A DNA stretch of 62,576 nucleotides, the filler included, from Rhabdomonas costata (lineage: Eukaryota), in assembly GCA_019059605.1 (NCBI GenBank). It is 42 parts of 42 records of this genome, joined end to end, with 100 filler letters (N's around TTAATTAATTAA, not from the genome) between each part and the next. Parts side by side here need not be neighbours in the genome. Positions count along the whole stretch, not along the records: positions 25,386 to 26,778 come from JAHMHO010017261.1; positions 26,879 to 28,271 come from JAHMHO010017262.1; positions 28,372 to 29,755 come from JAHMHO010017263.1; positions 29,856 to 31,248 come from JAHMHO010017264.1; positions 31,349 to 32,732 come from JAHMHO010017265.1; positions 32,833 to 34,225 come from JAHMHO010017266.1; positions 34,326 to 35,718 come from JAHMHO010017267.1; positions 35,819 to 37,211 come from JAHMHO010017268.1; 34 more parts are not named here. The stretch is one strand, 5' to 3'. The position numbers and the translations under genes are program-made. Positions 25,410-35,889 of the stretch are shown one piece after another. A model generated the notes under the pieces. That model ran no database searches and had not been told where the DNA came from. It saw nothing but the letters and a program-made list of their open reading frames with translations. Within the stretch, counting starts at the first letter, position 1. The number at the start of each line of letters is the position of its first letter.

Positions 25410-26652
25410 TTTTTGGTCGACGGGAAGCTCACCGTGGACAACACGCAGCCCACGGTGGCCTCACCACAGGGCGTGCTCAACGTGCTCACTGTCACCGACG
25501 ACTCCATCCTGGGCAACAGCATGGACCAGGCCGCGGATCCTGCCCAGCTCCTTAGTACGTGCCTGCCTGCCTGCCTGCCCCCTCGGAAGTGCCGCATCTC
25601 AGAACCTCCCTTTGGGTGTGGAGCTGACTGGGGTTTCATAGGAAACGTTTGGTTTCTTGTTTTTTGGTTTTTTTCGCCGGGCGTAACCATGTTCATTGGT
25701 GTATGAGGACCATACTGTGGGGAGAGATAAGCCGAAAATGAATGGGAAAGAAGTTGTCCGAAGGGGAAACCTTTCTCTCAGTTTGATGGTGTGGGGGTAC
25801 CCACCACAACGCGATAAAAGGCTTTTGAGCTGTCGTTATGTCACTAGTAAAACTTGTTTTTTTTTCTTCTTTCAAGGATGAGGTCCAACGATCTTCTCCC
25901 CCCGCTATGCCTTGCGGCCTTTGATGTGACTTCGTGCTTATCAAAACCGAACGAATTCTCGTTATCCTTCTGGATTTGTGGGCGGGGGGGGGGGTGTAGG
26001 CAAGGATTCCAGCAAGATTGACGAGGGCTACGGCCAAGACGACGTCGTGTTCGAGGAAACCCGAAAGTTCCCGCCGCTCTGTCCTCCTCACCTCAGGTTT
26101 GTCGCGCCCTTTTCCTGGGCTCGCGGGTTTTCACATCGCAGGACTTCCTAATGGCCGGTAGACGTAGCGCAGCAGATCTGGTGCGTCTTGGGGGCTAATG
26201 TATTTGCCTTTTCACGTTCCTTTGTGGCTTCTGGCTGCAATGAACAGAGGCTTGATTTCCTGAAATGGACCGCTCGGTGACAGGCGGGGATCTGAGTTAG
26301 CCATGTGTTGACAATGTTGACAGAGGCTGGTGGTATGCAGTTGCCGCAGCGGGTGGAATGTGTACTGACCTTTTGATGACAGCAACGTTTTTGGGGGAGG
26401 TCCTGGCTTCAGCTTTGTTTGTCCGTGCTGTTGACACCCCCTTCCTCGTCTGCCTGGCCCTCAATGGAACCCCCCTCCCACCACTCACGCAGGTACACCC
26501 CGCTGAACTCCTCGCCTCAGAAGCGGTTCTTCGGGGATTGCCCCACGGTCTGCAGCGGCCTGGCCTCCTCCTTCCGGCCATCGGGTGACCCCTGCGTGCT
26601 ACCCATGCCGCTGCACGTCACCGTTAATCACGTGTACTTCCAGCGCAGAGAC
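25410..26652 (+). CDS. PRKAB: 5'-AMP-activated protein kinase beta subunit, three internal exons
   Basis: Exons 25410-25554, 26000-26096 and 26493-26652 are in phase. Product: FLVDGK...(end of glycogen-binding domain)...EETRKFPPLCPPHLR|YTPLN...DPCVLPMPLHVTVNHVYFQRRD (AMPKBI domain). PPHLRYTPLN and NHVYFQRR are kinetoplastid-like forms. Confidence 0.9.
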
Positions 26653-27324
26653 GTATGGCGTCTGTCGCGGGGGGGGTGCCCTCAACCTTACGGTCGGGCC
26701 GCACCGCGGGCTGGCTTATTCCAATATAATACTGTTCAAATCGATCGGCAAAGTCCATAGATTTCAACCCCACCCCACNNNNNNNNNNNNNNNNNNNNNN
26801 NNNNNNNNNNNNNNNNNNNNNNTTAATTAATTAANNNNNNNNNNNNNNNNNNNNNNNNNNNNNNNNNNNNNNNNNNNNGCCCTCCTCTGTTTTGCCGCCT
26901 TTGGTGCTTCTGACGGATAGATTTTCTGCTGACCAGGAGTCAGGCGTCATGTCAAGACCATTGGCATGGTGATTTTTTTCACTCGAGAAGCCTTGAGCAG
27001 GTACTTGTGCAAATTTGATTGACCCGCCTTTTGCTTCGTTTCTGGCCGGGGCCAAAAAAAATTTTGCTTTAATTTGGGTCGTTTTTGGTCTGAGCTTTTG
27101 CTTTTGTTTTGAAGGCGTGTTTGGGTTAGAACAAGTTTAAGAACGCAACCCGTTACCCGTTGATTGGCTCCCTTCTGTGACCGTGATGATGGAGCTTTCC
27201 GTTTTCTGGGGAGGGTGGCAGGTTGGTTAGCAGGCGGTATGCCCTTCACCGCAGCAGTCACCCCTTCACCGGTAGAGCTGCCATCTCAGGAGCAAGCTCC
27301 GATGGCCTTAGTCCCTTTTGATAG

Positions 27325-28267
27325 ATGCTCAATGAGGCGGACCCAGCGTTCCCCTGCGCTTTCGACATTGAAGGCTCAGTTGACCCCAAGAAAATTGGTG
27401 TACGTGGCTTTATGGATGTAGATATACAGTCTACCCTGTTTGTCTTCCCACCACTCAGCCCCGACCCCTTCCCACCTGTTCCCCTGTTTTGTCGTCCTGG
27501 CTCACGTCATTTTTTTCTGGTTTGGTTTGTAAAAAAAAAATCGCCCTTTTTCAGGGGGGTTCTAGTTACTGAACGTTTCAGTCAACAACGCGAAAACTGC
27601 GGAACACTTACAACGTTTGCTTTGTTTGTACCTTTTGGAAACTTCCGACAATGCTGAGACTGCCAGTGCAAGGGTTTATGGTTAGGGATAGTTTCTTTTA
27701 GCCGATTGCATCGAATTACAATTCCATCTGGTTGAAAAGCAAACACCGCGTTCAAGGTCATCTTTGTGCTTGTGCCTACCGAGAGATCCCAGCGAAGGTC
27801 GGAACTGGCAACTCTATGCCCACTCACACGGACCGGGAGCCTCAACCCTTTCGCACGAACTTGTTTCACTTTGTCCGACATGCTCTTTTTTCCAGGGGTC
27901 GCCTTCGTCCGGATGTACTATGATGCAATTCACAAGAACCCCGAAGGCCTTGTGAACTTCTTCTCTTCCTCCTCAAGCTTTACCTTTTCTGAGAAGAATG
28001 CCGCCCCAGAGGCACCCTGCAAGGGGAAAGAGGTTCCTTTTTACCCAAACTCATATTCGCCCCCCGCCCCCCATCCACAAGGTGGCGGGGCATTTTGCAC
28101 TCTTTTAGTCTCCCTCTCCATTTCTGTAGCTTGAATTAGTTTTGTCACTCTTCTAAAAGAAGAGAAGGAGCGGCAGAAATTGCTTTGGAGCTAGAACACC
28201 GCTTCCATGCTCACAGGCCATTCGCGAAAAGCTGGCGAGCTTGGACCTTTCGTCGGTGCAGACCGAG
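27325..28267 (+). CDS. NTF2-domain protein (G3BP/Bre5-like), N-terminal exons
   Basis: Exons 27325-27397, 27896-28032 and 28217-28267 are in phase. Product: VDPKKI|GVAFVRMYYDAIHKNPEGLVNFFSSSSSF...CKGKE|AIREKLASLDL, matching the NTF2 pattern VGxxFVxQYY..L..FY...S...G..AI.EKL.SL. Confidence 0.85.
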
Positions 28268-31200
28268 GTACNNNNNNNNNNNNNNNNNNNNNNNNNNNNN
28301 NNNNNNNNNNNNNNNTTAATTAATTAANNNNNNNNNNNNNNNNNNNNNNNNNNNNNNNNNNNNNNNNNNNNGGGGGTTTGTCTCAAAAAGAAGCTGGCTC
28401 GGAAACAACAGCAGGAAGAAGAATGCAAGGAACGGCAGGCAATGCACTGAGACGAACAAAGTGCATCAAACCAGGGGGCAAATCGGATCTTAATAGATCT
28501 GTTCTGAGCGCAGGATGGCAATGTATGTTTAAAGATGATGTAGAAATTGAGAACACCAGCATTTTCCATAGGGCCAATTGATAAAGCACAGAAGCTTACA
28601 TTGCGGGATGGGATTTAATGGCTACCGCAAAGATGAAAGCTGAGGAGCCACCGCATCATCACTACCGTAGTTAGGAAGAAAAGGGGTTTGTTCAGGGCGA
28701 CTGCGCTGAGACTGTTCGAAGTGATCTGAGGAAACTAACTATCCCCCCCCATCGTCTTGCCCAGTTAAGCCATTTACATACCGTAAACAAAAAGAAAAAG
28801 AAAAATTTCTTTTCGTCATTCCAAATCTGATTTAAAGCATCTTCAAAGGCCGCCTTCCCAAGTATTTGGAAATGAATTCCCCAAAGGGTTCGCAGGAGCT
28901 GAACCAGCCATGCTCTGACGACGTTCACAATGCAAGAGATTTCAAAAACGTTTCACTGCCACAGTTACTTGAAGCCACCGCATACTAAAGAACAGAAAGC
29001 AAACCGTGCTCGCAAGTACATCAGTACCTTGGGTTCACGCGAATGAATTCAAAACACGTTCAAGGAGAGGAAGCGACACGCAAATACGCACAAACATTTG
29101 TGCTATTATAAAGCAAGAAAAAAGCTAGGGGATGCTACACCAGAAAGACCCCAGTCAGGGGATGGAGGTGGGCTGGCAGCCAGCGGCTTCGAAAACATGC
29201 CATTGAACTGAAACCGAAACCGCTTCGCCACTGTGGGACACCAGTGTTGCTTGGTGTGTCCGCCCGTTGAGGCAGAAGTGCGGATGTCCGCTGATTTATA
29301 CCACACCAGTCGTGCAATGTCGGCAACATCAACACCATATAACGGATGGCACTCGTCAGTGACAGAAAGAAAAGGAAAAACACAGCAGCGAGAAGCCGCA
29401 CTAGTTTCCAGCGACGAAATTGTGGACAAGGCAGGCCACCACCACCACTGCCGCGAAGAATAAGGAGGCCATGACCACGTACCATGCAAAGACGAAGGAG
29501 AGCTTTACGATCACGGCAACAAAGCGCAGAGCTACCACCGTGATTATGACGCCAAGGAAGAGCAGCACAATTCCTGAAAAAGATGAAAGGGGAATGGCTC
29601 TCAGAAGGCTTGAGAAGCAAAACAGAAGCGATCCAGTCCATACTTGGGTTTTTGGGAATTCGACGCCGTAGTAAAAGACGTTTTTAAAACCCACTCTTTC
29701 GACTTTCTAACAGAAAAAATGTTACCACTGGTAACCCTTACCCCCCCACACAACCNNNNNNNNNNNNNNNNNNNNNNNNNNNNNNNNNNNNNNNNNNNNT
29801 TAATTAATTAANNNNNNNNNNNNNNNNNNNNNNNNNNNNNNNNNNNNNNNNNNNNGTGTTGGTGGGTGGAATGGTGCTGTTGCGGGTGTCCGGGACGCAT
29901 TGTGGCCAGGTGCCGCGAGCTGTGGGGCTCTATTCACAAGGCTGTGTTCTTGGAGAGCTGGCGGTACTGCCACGTGGACGTTCCTTCCTCATGTGAGGAC
30001 CCGCTGTACTCTCGTCGCAAGAGGTAGCCTTTCCTGGCAGCAGAGCAGGCGCACGCGGAAATGGAGGACATGATGCAGGAAAGGGAGGGAGAGAACGAAG
30101 AACGAAGATAAAATATAGACAAAGGGATTGGAGAAAAAGCGAATGATGCTCCGGGATGGGGTTTAGGACACCCAGGACAAAAACATTATCAGACGTAATG
30201 ATTGCATTCTGCTATGATTCCACCAAAACTTCGGGATGATCCCCTCAAATAATTGCCCGGCAATATCCTCGCCGCCGTCCCCCCGCTCCTGCGGCGCGGG
30301 CTGGCGTCGCCGCTGACAAGGATCCACCGCCGCGATCCATTGCCTCCGGCTTGAAATAATAACAAAACTCAGTTCAAAAAGGAACCTCTCCAACAGCAGC
30401 AGCGGCTTGCCCGCCTTCAAATAATTCTATCCAAAGCCCAGCAAGCAGCAAGAAGCAAGTCCTCAACCAGCGAATCCATGATTTACAAACACCTTGAAAT
30501 GAAATGAAAATTTTTTGAAAGAAGATTTTTTCACAGTTCATTCAGTACGAACTCACACCCCATCCTCGAATGAGAATTCAGAAGAGGAAATTATCTGGAA
30601 ATTGTGGGAAATAAGCCGTGAACAAAACACCCTGGCAATAGTTTTCAACGCCAACACCAAAAAGAAACGCTTATTTCAACAGGTTCGCGATGTAAAATAC
30701 TAAACTTATGCTATTCAAAAAATGTCAGCCAGGGACGACCTGCATGCTTTGATGTCCCATACTTGTCATGAAGGACAATCCTCGCCGAGATCCCAAATGA
30801 CCATGGCAACGAGAAAAATACGATGACGCTGACAAAATGTTCATTGCAATCGTTGTGGTCTCTTTGTCGTTGCTGTCGTGTTTTCATATGTGATCGCAAA
30901 AGCTTTCGTGTGACTTCGCTAGTACGAGGGAGGAGGGAGGAATGGATGATGAACCTACAGAAGCTTGAAACGTTGACTTAACTTCTTTGGGAAAAAATGA
31001 TGCCAGAAGTATTGAAATGCCTGGTTATGCTAGGTAGTTGGACTCGTTAGCTCTTTGCGTTGACGTCTGTTACACACCCAGTTTCAGCAAAGCGGATATA
31101 GACCGTCTTCAACGGGTTACCCCTCCCTTCTCAAAAGTAGAGTGGTGGGAGGCTCGCGCTCTACGGCCTACTTCCCTACCCTCTGCACCCCCTTCTCCTC

Positions 31201-32330
31201 CTGTCATTTCTTGGGCGTGCTCGGCAAGGGTACTCTCACCCCAAAACCNNNNNNNNNNNNNNNNNNNNNNNNNNNNNNNNNNNNNNNNNNNNTTAATTAA
31301 TTAANNNNNNNNNNNNNNNNNNNNNNNNNNNNNNNNNNNNNNNNNNNNTCAGTTTTGCGCACCTCCTGGGAGCCCATCACCCTCCTTATTGTTCTTGTTG
31401 CCCCCTCCCCCACTTTAAAAGCACTACAGGGCGAAAAATAGCCTTAGCATTATCCGCGACAGGAAAAGTGGCCATACAATTCAACTCAACCAAGCTTATG
31501 ACACCTCACATGCATCCACTCACCAAAGGTCAAAGTTAACCACCCTACGTGGCTGGGGCCTGGAGGCACCCCTGTGTCTGGATTCTCGATTCGCTTGTGG
31601 GAGACCATTGATGCACCAGAATACCGGTAAGACGGTCAGCTGGTGCACTTGTTTCTGTTATCGCAGTTGGCGCAGATTCGGTCGTTCAACGGCGAGGCTC
31701 CTGTAGCACGCACCACCGTGGCTCGTGGCTCGCCCCGCAAAGTCGTTCATGACCCTCTGCACTCCAGTGGAGCGGGCTCCTGAGTGTTCGGTTCAACCTC
31801 CTGTCCCAATACAGTTGTACAATTCCAGAACGAGAGGTTCCCTTGAGAGGTTCCCTGATTGTCATTGTCAGTGGAGGCGGCCGTTTCAGCACTCTTTTGT
31901 GAGTGCACTTCTCCGGATTATTTGCTGATTGACTCGTCATTGACCGACTGATGGACCGAACGGGATGTCTCTTTTCTTCCAAAGCAGCCGGTTTCCTCTG
32001 TTGGTATTCAAAGAAAAGTGAAAAGTTCTCTACTGTTGAAGTGCATCAGGCATCGGTACACATTTTTTGTTCCTGTTTTCGTTCGTTTCCGAAGTGTTTG
32101 CTCAAAAACCGTTTAAATGAGATGTCAACAGGGCCGCACCACAACAACAGCCGAAAGCCGGGCCCCCGGGCCCCGAAAAGTAAACTGAACTCCATTGTTT
32201 CGATTGCCGCGTGTGTACAAAACGTGTGTTTGTTTGCAGACGCGTTTTTTTGCACCCCATTTCTTCTCAAGGCTGCCTTCTTGCGGCTTCTACGTCCTTT
32301 GAGCGTGTGTGTGTAGCGTTCAGTGCGGGG

Positions 32331-32537
32331 ATGGCTTCCCGGCGTGTGATGTTTCTGGGCCGCCGGTGGGTGGCCGCCGGTCTCCTAGCCGGAGGACTCT
32401 CGTGCGCGGTGTTTGCGGTGCGCTTCTTGGACACCCCCACGGCGTCGGCGTCCCTGGGGTCCTCCTCCTCTTCGGCGGCAATCCCTTCCTCGGGTCCAGC
32501 AGTGAAGCTCCTGCTGACCAACCAAGAACAGCAGGAG
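32331..32537 (+). CDS. Probable first exon of an unknown protein with an Arg-rich/hydrophobic targeting-like N-terminus
   Basis: A GC-rich ATG-initiated segment, MASRRVMFLGRRWVAAGLLAGGLSCAVFAVRF...LLLTNQEQQE, ends at a GT. No family is recognised and the donor is atypical for this genome. Confidence 0.4.
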
Positions 32538-32658
32538 GTTGGCAGCAGGGTTTTGCGAGAAAGGGTAGTGTCAAGTTTGACCTGGGGCATGATAATGAGC
32601 GAGTTCTATGTGCTCAAAGAATAACTGGCATTACTTTAGAATTGTACCCACGGCCAGG

Positions 32659-32732
32659 AACCCTAACCCTAACCCTAACCCTAACCCTAACCCCAACCCC
32701 AACCCTAACCCTAACCCTAACCCCAAACCCCC
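32659..32732 (+). repeat. Telomere-type (CCCTAA)n tract with CCCCAA variants
   Basis: About 12 hexamer units at the contig 3' end. The C-rich strand points outward, the wrong polarity for a true chromosome end. Confidence 0.9.
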
Positions 32733-32832
32733 NNNNNNNNNNNNNNNNNNNNNNNNNNNNNNNNNNNNNNNNNNNNTTAATTAATTAANNNNNNNNNNNN
32801 NNNNNNNNNNNNNNNNNNNNNNNNNNNNNNNN

Positions 32833-34225
32833 GGCTCCTCGGGATCCCGGGTCTACATTTACACCTGGAAAGCCCGCACGGCGAACACCATTCCCGACGT
32901 CGTCGCCGCACCGCCGGACCAAGCCGCTTGGTCGCTGAAGATCAAGCCCGGGATTTCGACCTTTGCCACCGCATCCATCGACGCTGCCGCCGTGGAAAAG
33001 TACCTCAAGCCCCTGATCGACTACGCAGTTTCGAAGATCCCTGCTGACCAGCAGAGCTCCACGCCCATCTACCTTCTTGCTACGGCGGGAATGCGTGGGG
33101 TGAATCCGGCGTATGCAGAAAAGCTGTACGCGGTGGTGCGCAACTACTTGGCCACCACCCCGTTTGTGTTCACACCCATATGGGCCAGAACTCTCTCTGG
33201 TGATGAGGAAGGCACCTACGGTTGGGATACCATCAACATGCTTCGCAGAACGTTGACACTTCCTCCGGGAGAGTCGTGGGCGGCCTTTGACATGGGTGGG
33301 GCCTCTACGCAGATAACCTTTGTGCCCTCGGAGGTTCCTCTCTCGGAGCACTTTGAGCAATGGGTTGCGAATTACACCTTTCAGTTGTACACACACAGTT
33401 ACTACGACTTTGGTCAAGACCGGTTTTTGGGGAAAATTCTTGCGTCTTTGGTCGCGGCAAAGGCCACCAGCAACCCATGCGGCCTTCGAGGCTACAACAA
33501 CACCTCCGGTAAGACTGTGCTTCCCGGGGCCTACGATGCCGTGGCCTGCAAGGCTGCAATTCGACCGTTGCTGGGACTGAAGCAGTTTTGCCCCCTGCAG
33601 CCCTGTGCACTCTGGAGCGAATACCAAGCTCACGTCCCGGACAACATGAAGCTGTGGCTCTTCTCTGCCTTTGCCTACAATGCTGAGTTTTTCGGCTGTA
33701 GTGGGGATCATCCGCTGAACTGTGTCGACAATGCGGCAGTGCCGTGGTGCACGACGAACACCCTAAGCACGGCCCAAGCTCAGCATCCTGGCTCTGCGGA
33801 TTGGTATCTTGCCACCTATTGCGGCTCAGCGGCATATTTCCACCTCCTGTTGACGGAAGCCTACGGGTTAAGCCCGCAACGTATTGGTCGATTTCTCGCG
33901 TATGTCGACACGACCGAGATTACTTGGGGTATGGGCGCGATGATGGCGATGCAGGGAGCCTACTATTGTCCCAGCTGCTCTGCCGCAGCCCTCACGTCCT
34001 CCACTGCAGCGGAGAGCACTACTCTCGCGCGGACAAAGGTCGCTATTGACATCCAGCACCTTGCTACGCCCGACCCTTATGCCATTATCATTGACGCCGG
34101 CTCCTCGGGATCCCGGGTCTACATTTACACCTGGAAAGCCCGCACGGCGAACACCATTCCCGACGTCGTCGCCGCACCGCCGGACCAAGCCGCTTGGTCG
34201 CTGAAGATCAAGCCCGGGATTTCGA
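32833..34225 (+). CDS. GDA1/CD39 family apyrase (NTPDase), in-frame tandem domains; no start, stop or intron in the contig
   Basis: The frame is open from 32833 to 34225. All apyrase conserved regions are present: (DA)GSSGSR, ATAGMR, LSGDEEGTYGW, DMGGASTQ and TWGMGAM. A linker then leads to a second IIIDAGSSGSRVYIYTW...KIKPGIS. Confidence 0.95.
34099..34225 (+). repeat. Exact 127-nt direct repeat of the contig start (32833-32959); repeat unit 1266 bp
   Basis: Both contig ends carry identical sequence. The offset of 1266 nt equals 422 codons. Confidence 0.95.
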
Positions 34226-34439
34226 NNNNNNNNNNNNNNNNNNNNNNNNNNNNNNNNNNNNNNNNNNNNTTAATTAATTAANNNNNNNNNNNNNNNNNNN
34301 NNNNNNNNNNNNNNNNNNNNNNNNNGTGGGAATGCTGCGGGTAGACATTTTGCTCCCGACACGAAATACCAGCCGTTTGGGTATTGTGGAATCAGCCGAG
34401 AAAGGGGGGGGGGGCTGCTCGTGAAGGTTGTGCTTTTTC

Positions 34440-34805
34440 GTGTGATGTGATGTTCGAAGTTGTCGAAAAGCTTCTGGGGAATAGTTTGTGTGTCCATATG
34501 CTACGTTTTCGTTGGCTTTCTCCCTGTTACAATGGGTTAGGTGCAGTGAAGTTCGCCCCGCAATTATAACAAAGGCTATCAACCCGAAAAGCACTGTTTC
34601 CAGTTCTGTTTGTTCATATGACGTGTTTTTAATCGTCGAAGAACTTCATAGAAAAGGTTTTTGTGTGTCGAAGTGCTACTTTTTCACTGGCGTTCTTCGT
34701 CAGTTGCTTCTACACGTTACATTGCAGTGATGTTCAGGTGCAGTGATGTTCGCTCCGCAGCTATAAAAAAGCTGCCAACCCGAAAAGCACTGTTTTCAGT
34801 TCCGC
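34440..34805 (+). repeat. Degenerate tandem duplication, unit about 180-200 bp
   Basis: ggtgcagtgaagttcgccccgcaattataacaaaggctatcaacccgaaaagcactgtttccagtt (~34540) recurs as ggtgcagtgatgttcgctccgcagctataaaaaagctgccaacccgaaaagcactgttttcagtt (~34737). Upstream blocks are also similar. Confidence 0.75.
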
Positions 34806-34873
34806 TTTTTTTCTTGCTATTTTTGCCTATTGGAGAACTTGCTTAGTCACCTTCCCTCCTCCTTCTTCCGCAG

Positions 34874-35067
34874 GCATCTCGGTCCATTCCTGCGGGAAAG
34901 GAGTTGGCGGAGGCTTGCAAAGCGGAGGACCGCGAGAAAGCGCTGAGCATTCTAAGGACCGGAACCCCAGAGGTCAACCAAAGTTCGAGCACGAACTGGA
35001 CCCCCCGCTGCATTATGCGGGGTGGTTGGGATGGGAGGATGTTGCCGAGCAGCTCATCGAGGCAAAG
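34874..35067 (+). CDS. Ankyrin-repeat exon with an apparent frameshift in a C6 run (35001-35006)
   Basis: The exon is bounded by AG and GT. ELAEACKAEDREKALSILRTGTPEVNQSSSTNWTP continues, after a frame change, as LHYAGWLGWEDVAEQLIEAK, which restores the ankyrin TPLHxA..G..xVxxLL motif. Confidence 0.7.
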
Positions 35068-35821
35068 GTACTGCCTCCACGGTTTTTCTTCTTTCTAGCT
35101 TTTCAAATTCCGGTCGTATCAGTAACCTCACTGCCATCGGTGGTGCGGTACGGAGGGAGTTTATGGACCTTCATTGTACCATGCCAAGGTTGGCACATGA
35201 CTGTGGTGCAGCTAGTCCTTAGTCAGCAGGTTGACGACCCAACCAAAAAATAGCGATCGAGTTGGCTTGTGGATTGTGGTGCTTGCAACAACGTCTCTCT
35301 CTCTCTCTTTCTCTCTCTCTCTGTGAAGCAAATGGCATGCTACGGGGTCAGGACAAGTGTGGGGAGTACCTGCACACTCCACGTTTGAACCCCCCCTTCC
35401 CTCAATTTTGCTTCTATGTGACCCTGCTTCCCACAACTGGAGTTGCCAGATAGCCCCGAGCATGGTGGCTACTCTTTTGACCAACGATGGCCATTTCCCT
35501 TAACTAAAAAAATTAAAACCTCCGAATGTGAACGGATGGTAAGCTGCTGTGGCCGCGGTTGTGTGAGAGGGCTCGGTTTCCCGAACCCCGTACTGGGCCC
35601 GGCAATAACCTTCCGACTGCCCCAAAACGGACCGAACGGCGTCGAACGGCAACACCCCTCGTGGCAAAGTGGGGTGATTTGAGGCGTCAGCGGACGAAAA
35701 GGGAACCGGAACACGGAANNNNNNNNNNNNNNNNNNNNNNNNNNNNNNNNNNNNNNNNNNNNTTAATTAATTAANNNNNNNNNNNNNNNNNNNNNNNNNN
35801 NNNNNNNNNNNNNNNNNNGGG

Positions 35822-35889
35822 TTTGGTGACCCGTCAATTATCACTCCCTGAGATTCGATCACGAGAGTGATAATTGACGGGTCACCAAA
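35822..35889. repeat. Fold-back inverted repeat (25-bp arms) at contig start
   Basis: tttggtgacccgtcaattatcactc ... gagtgataattgacgggtcaccaaa. Confidence 0.9.

Noticed and set aside
32309-32788. ORF ending in TLTLTLTP repeats
   Set aside because: It is a translation of the CCCTAA tract.
32785-33835. Long antisense ORFs (308 aa and 176 aa) opposite the apyrase
   Set aside because: These are shadow ORFs of a GC-rich coding strand with no recognisable motifs.
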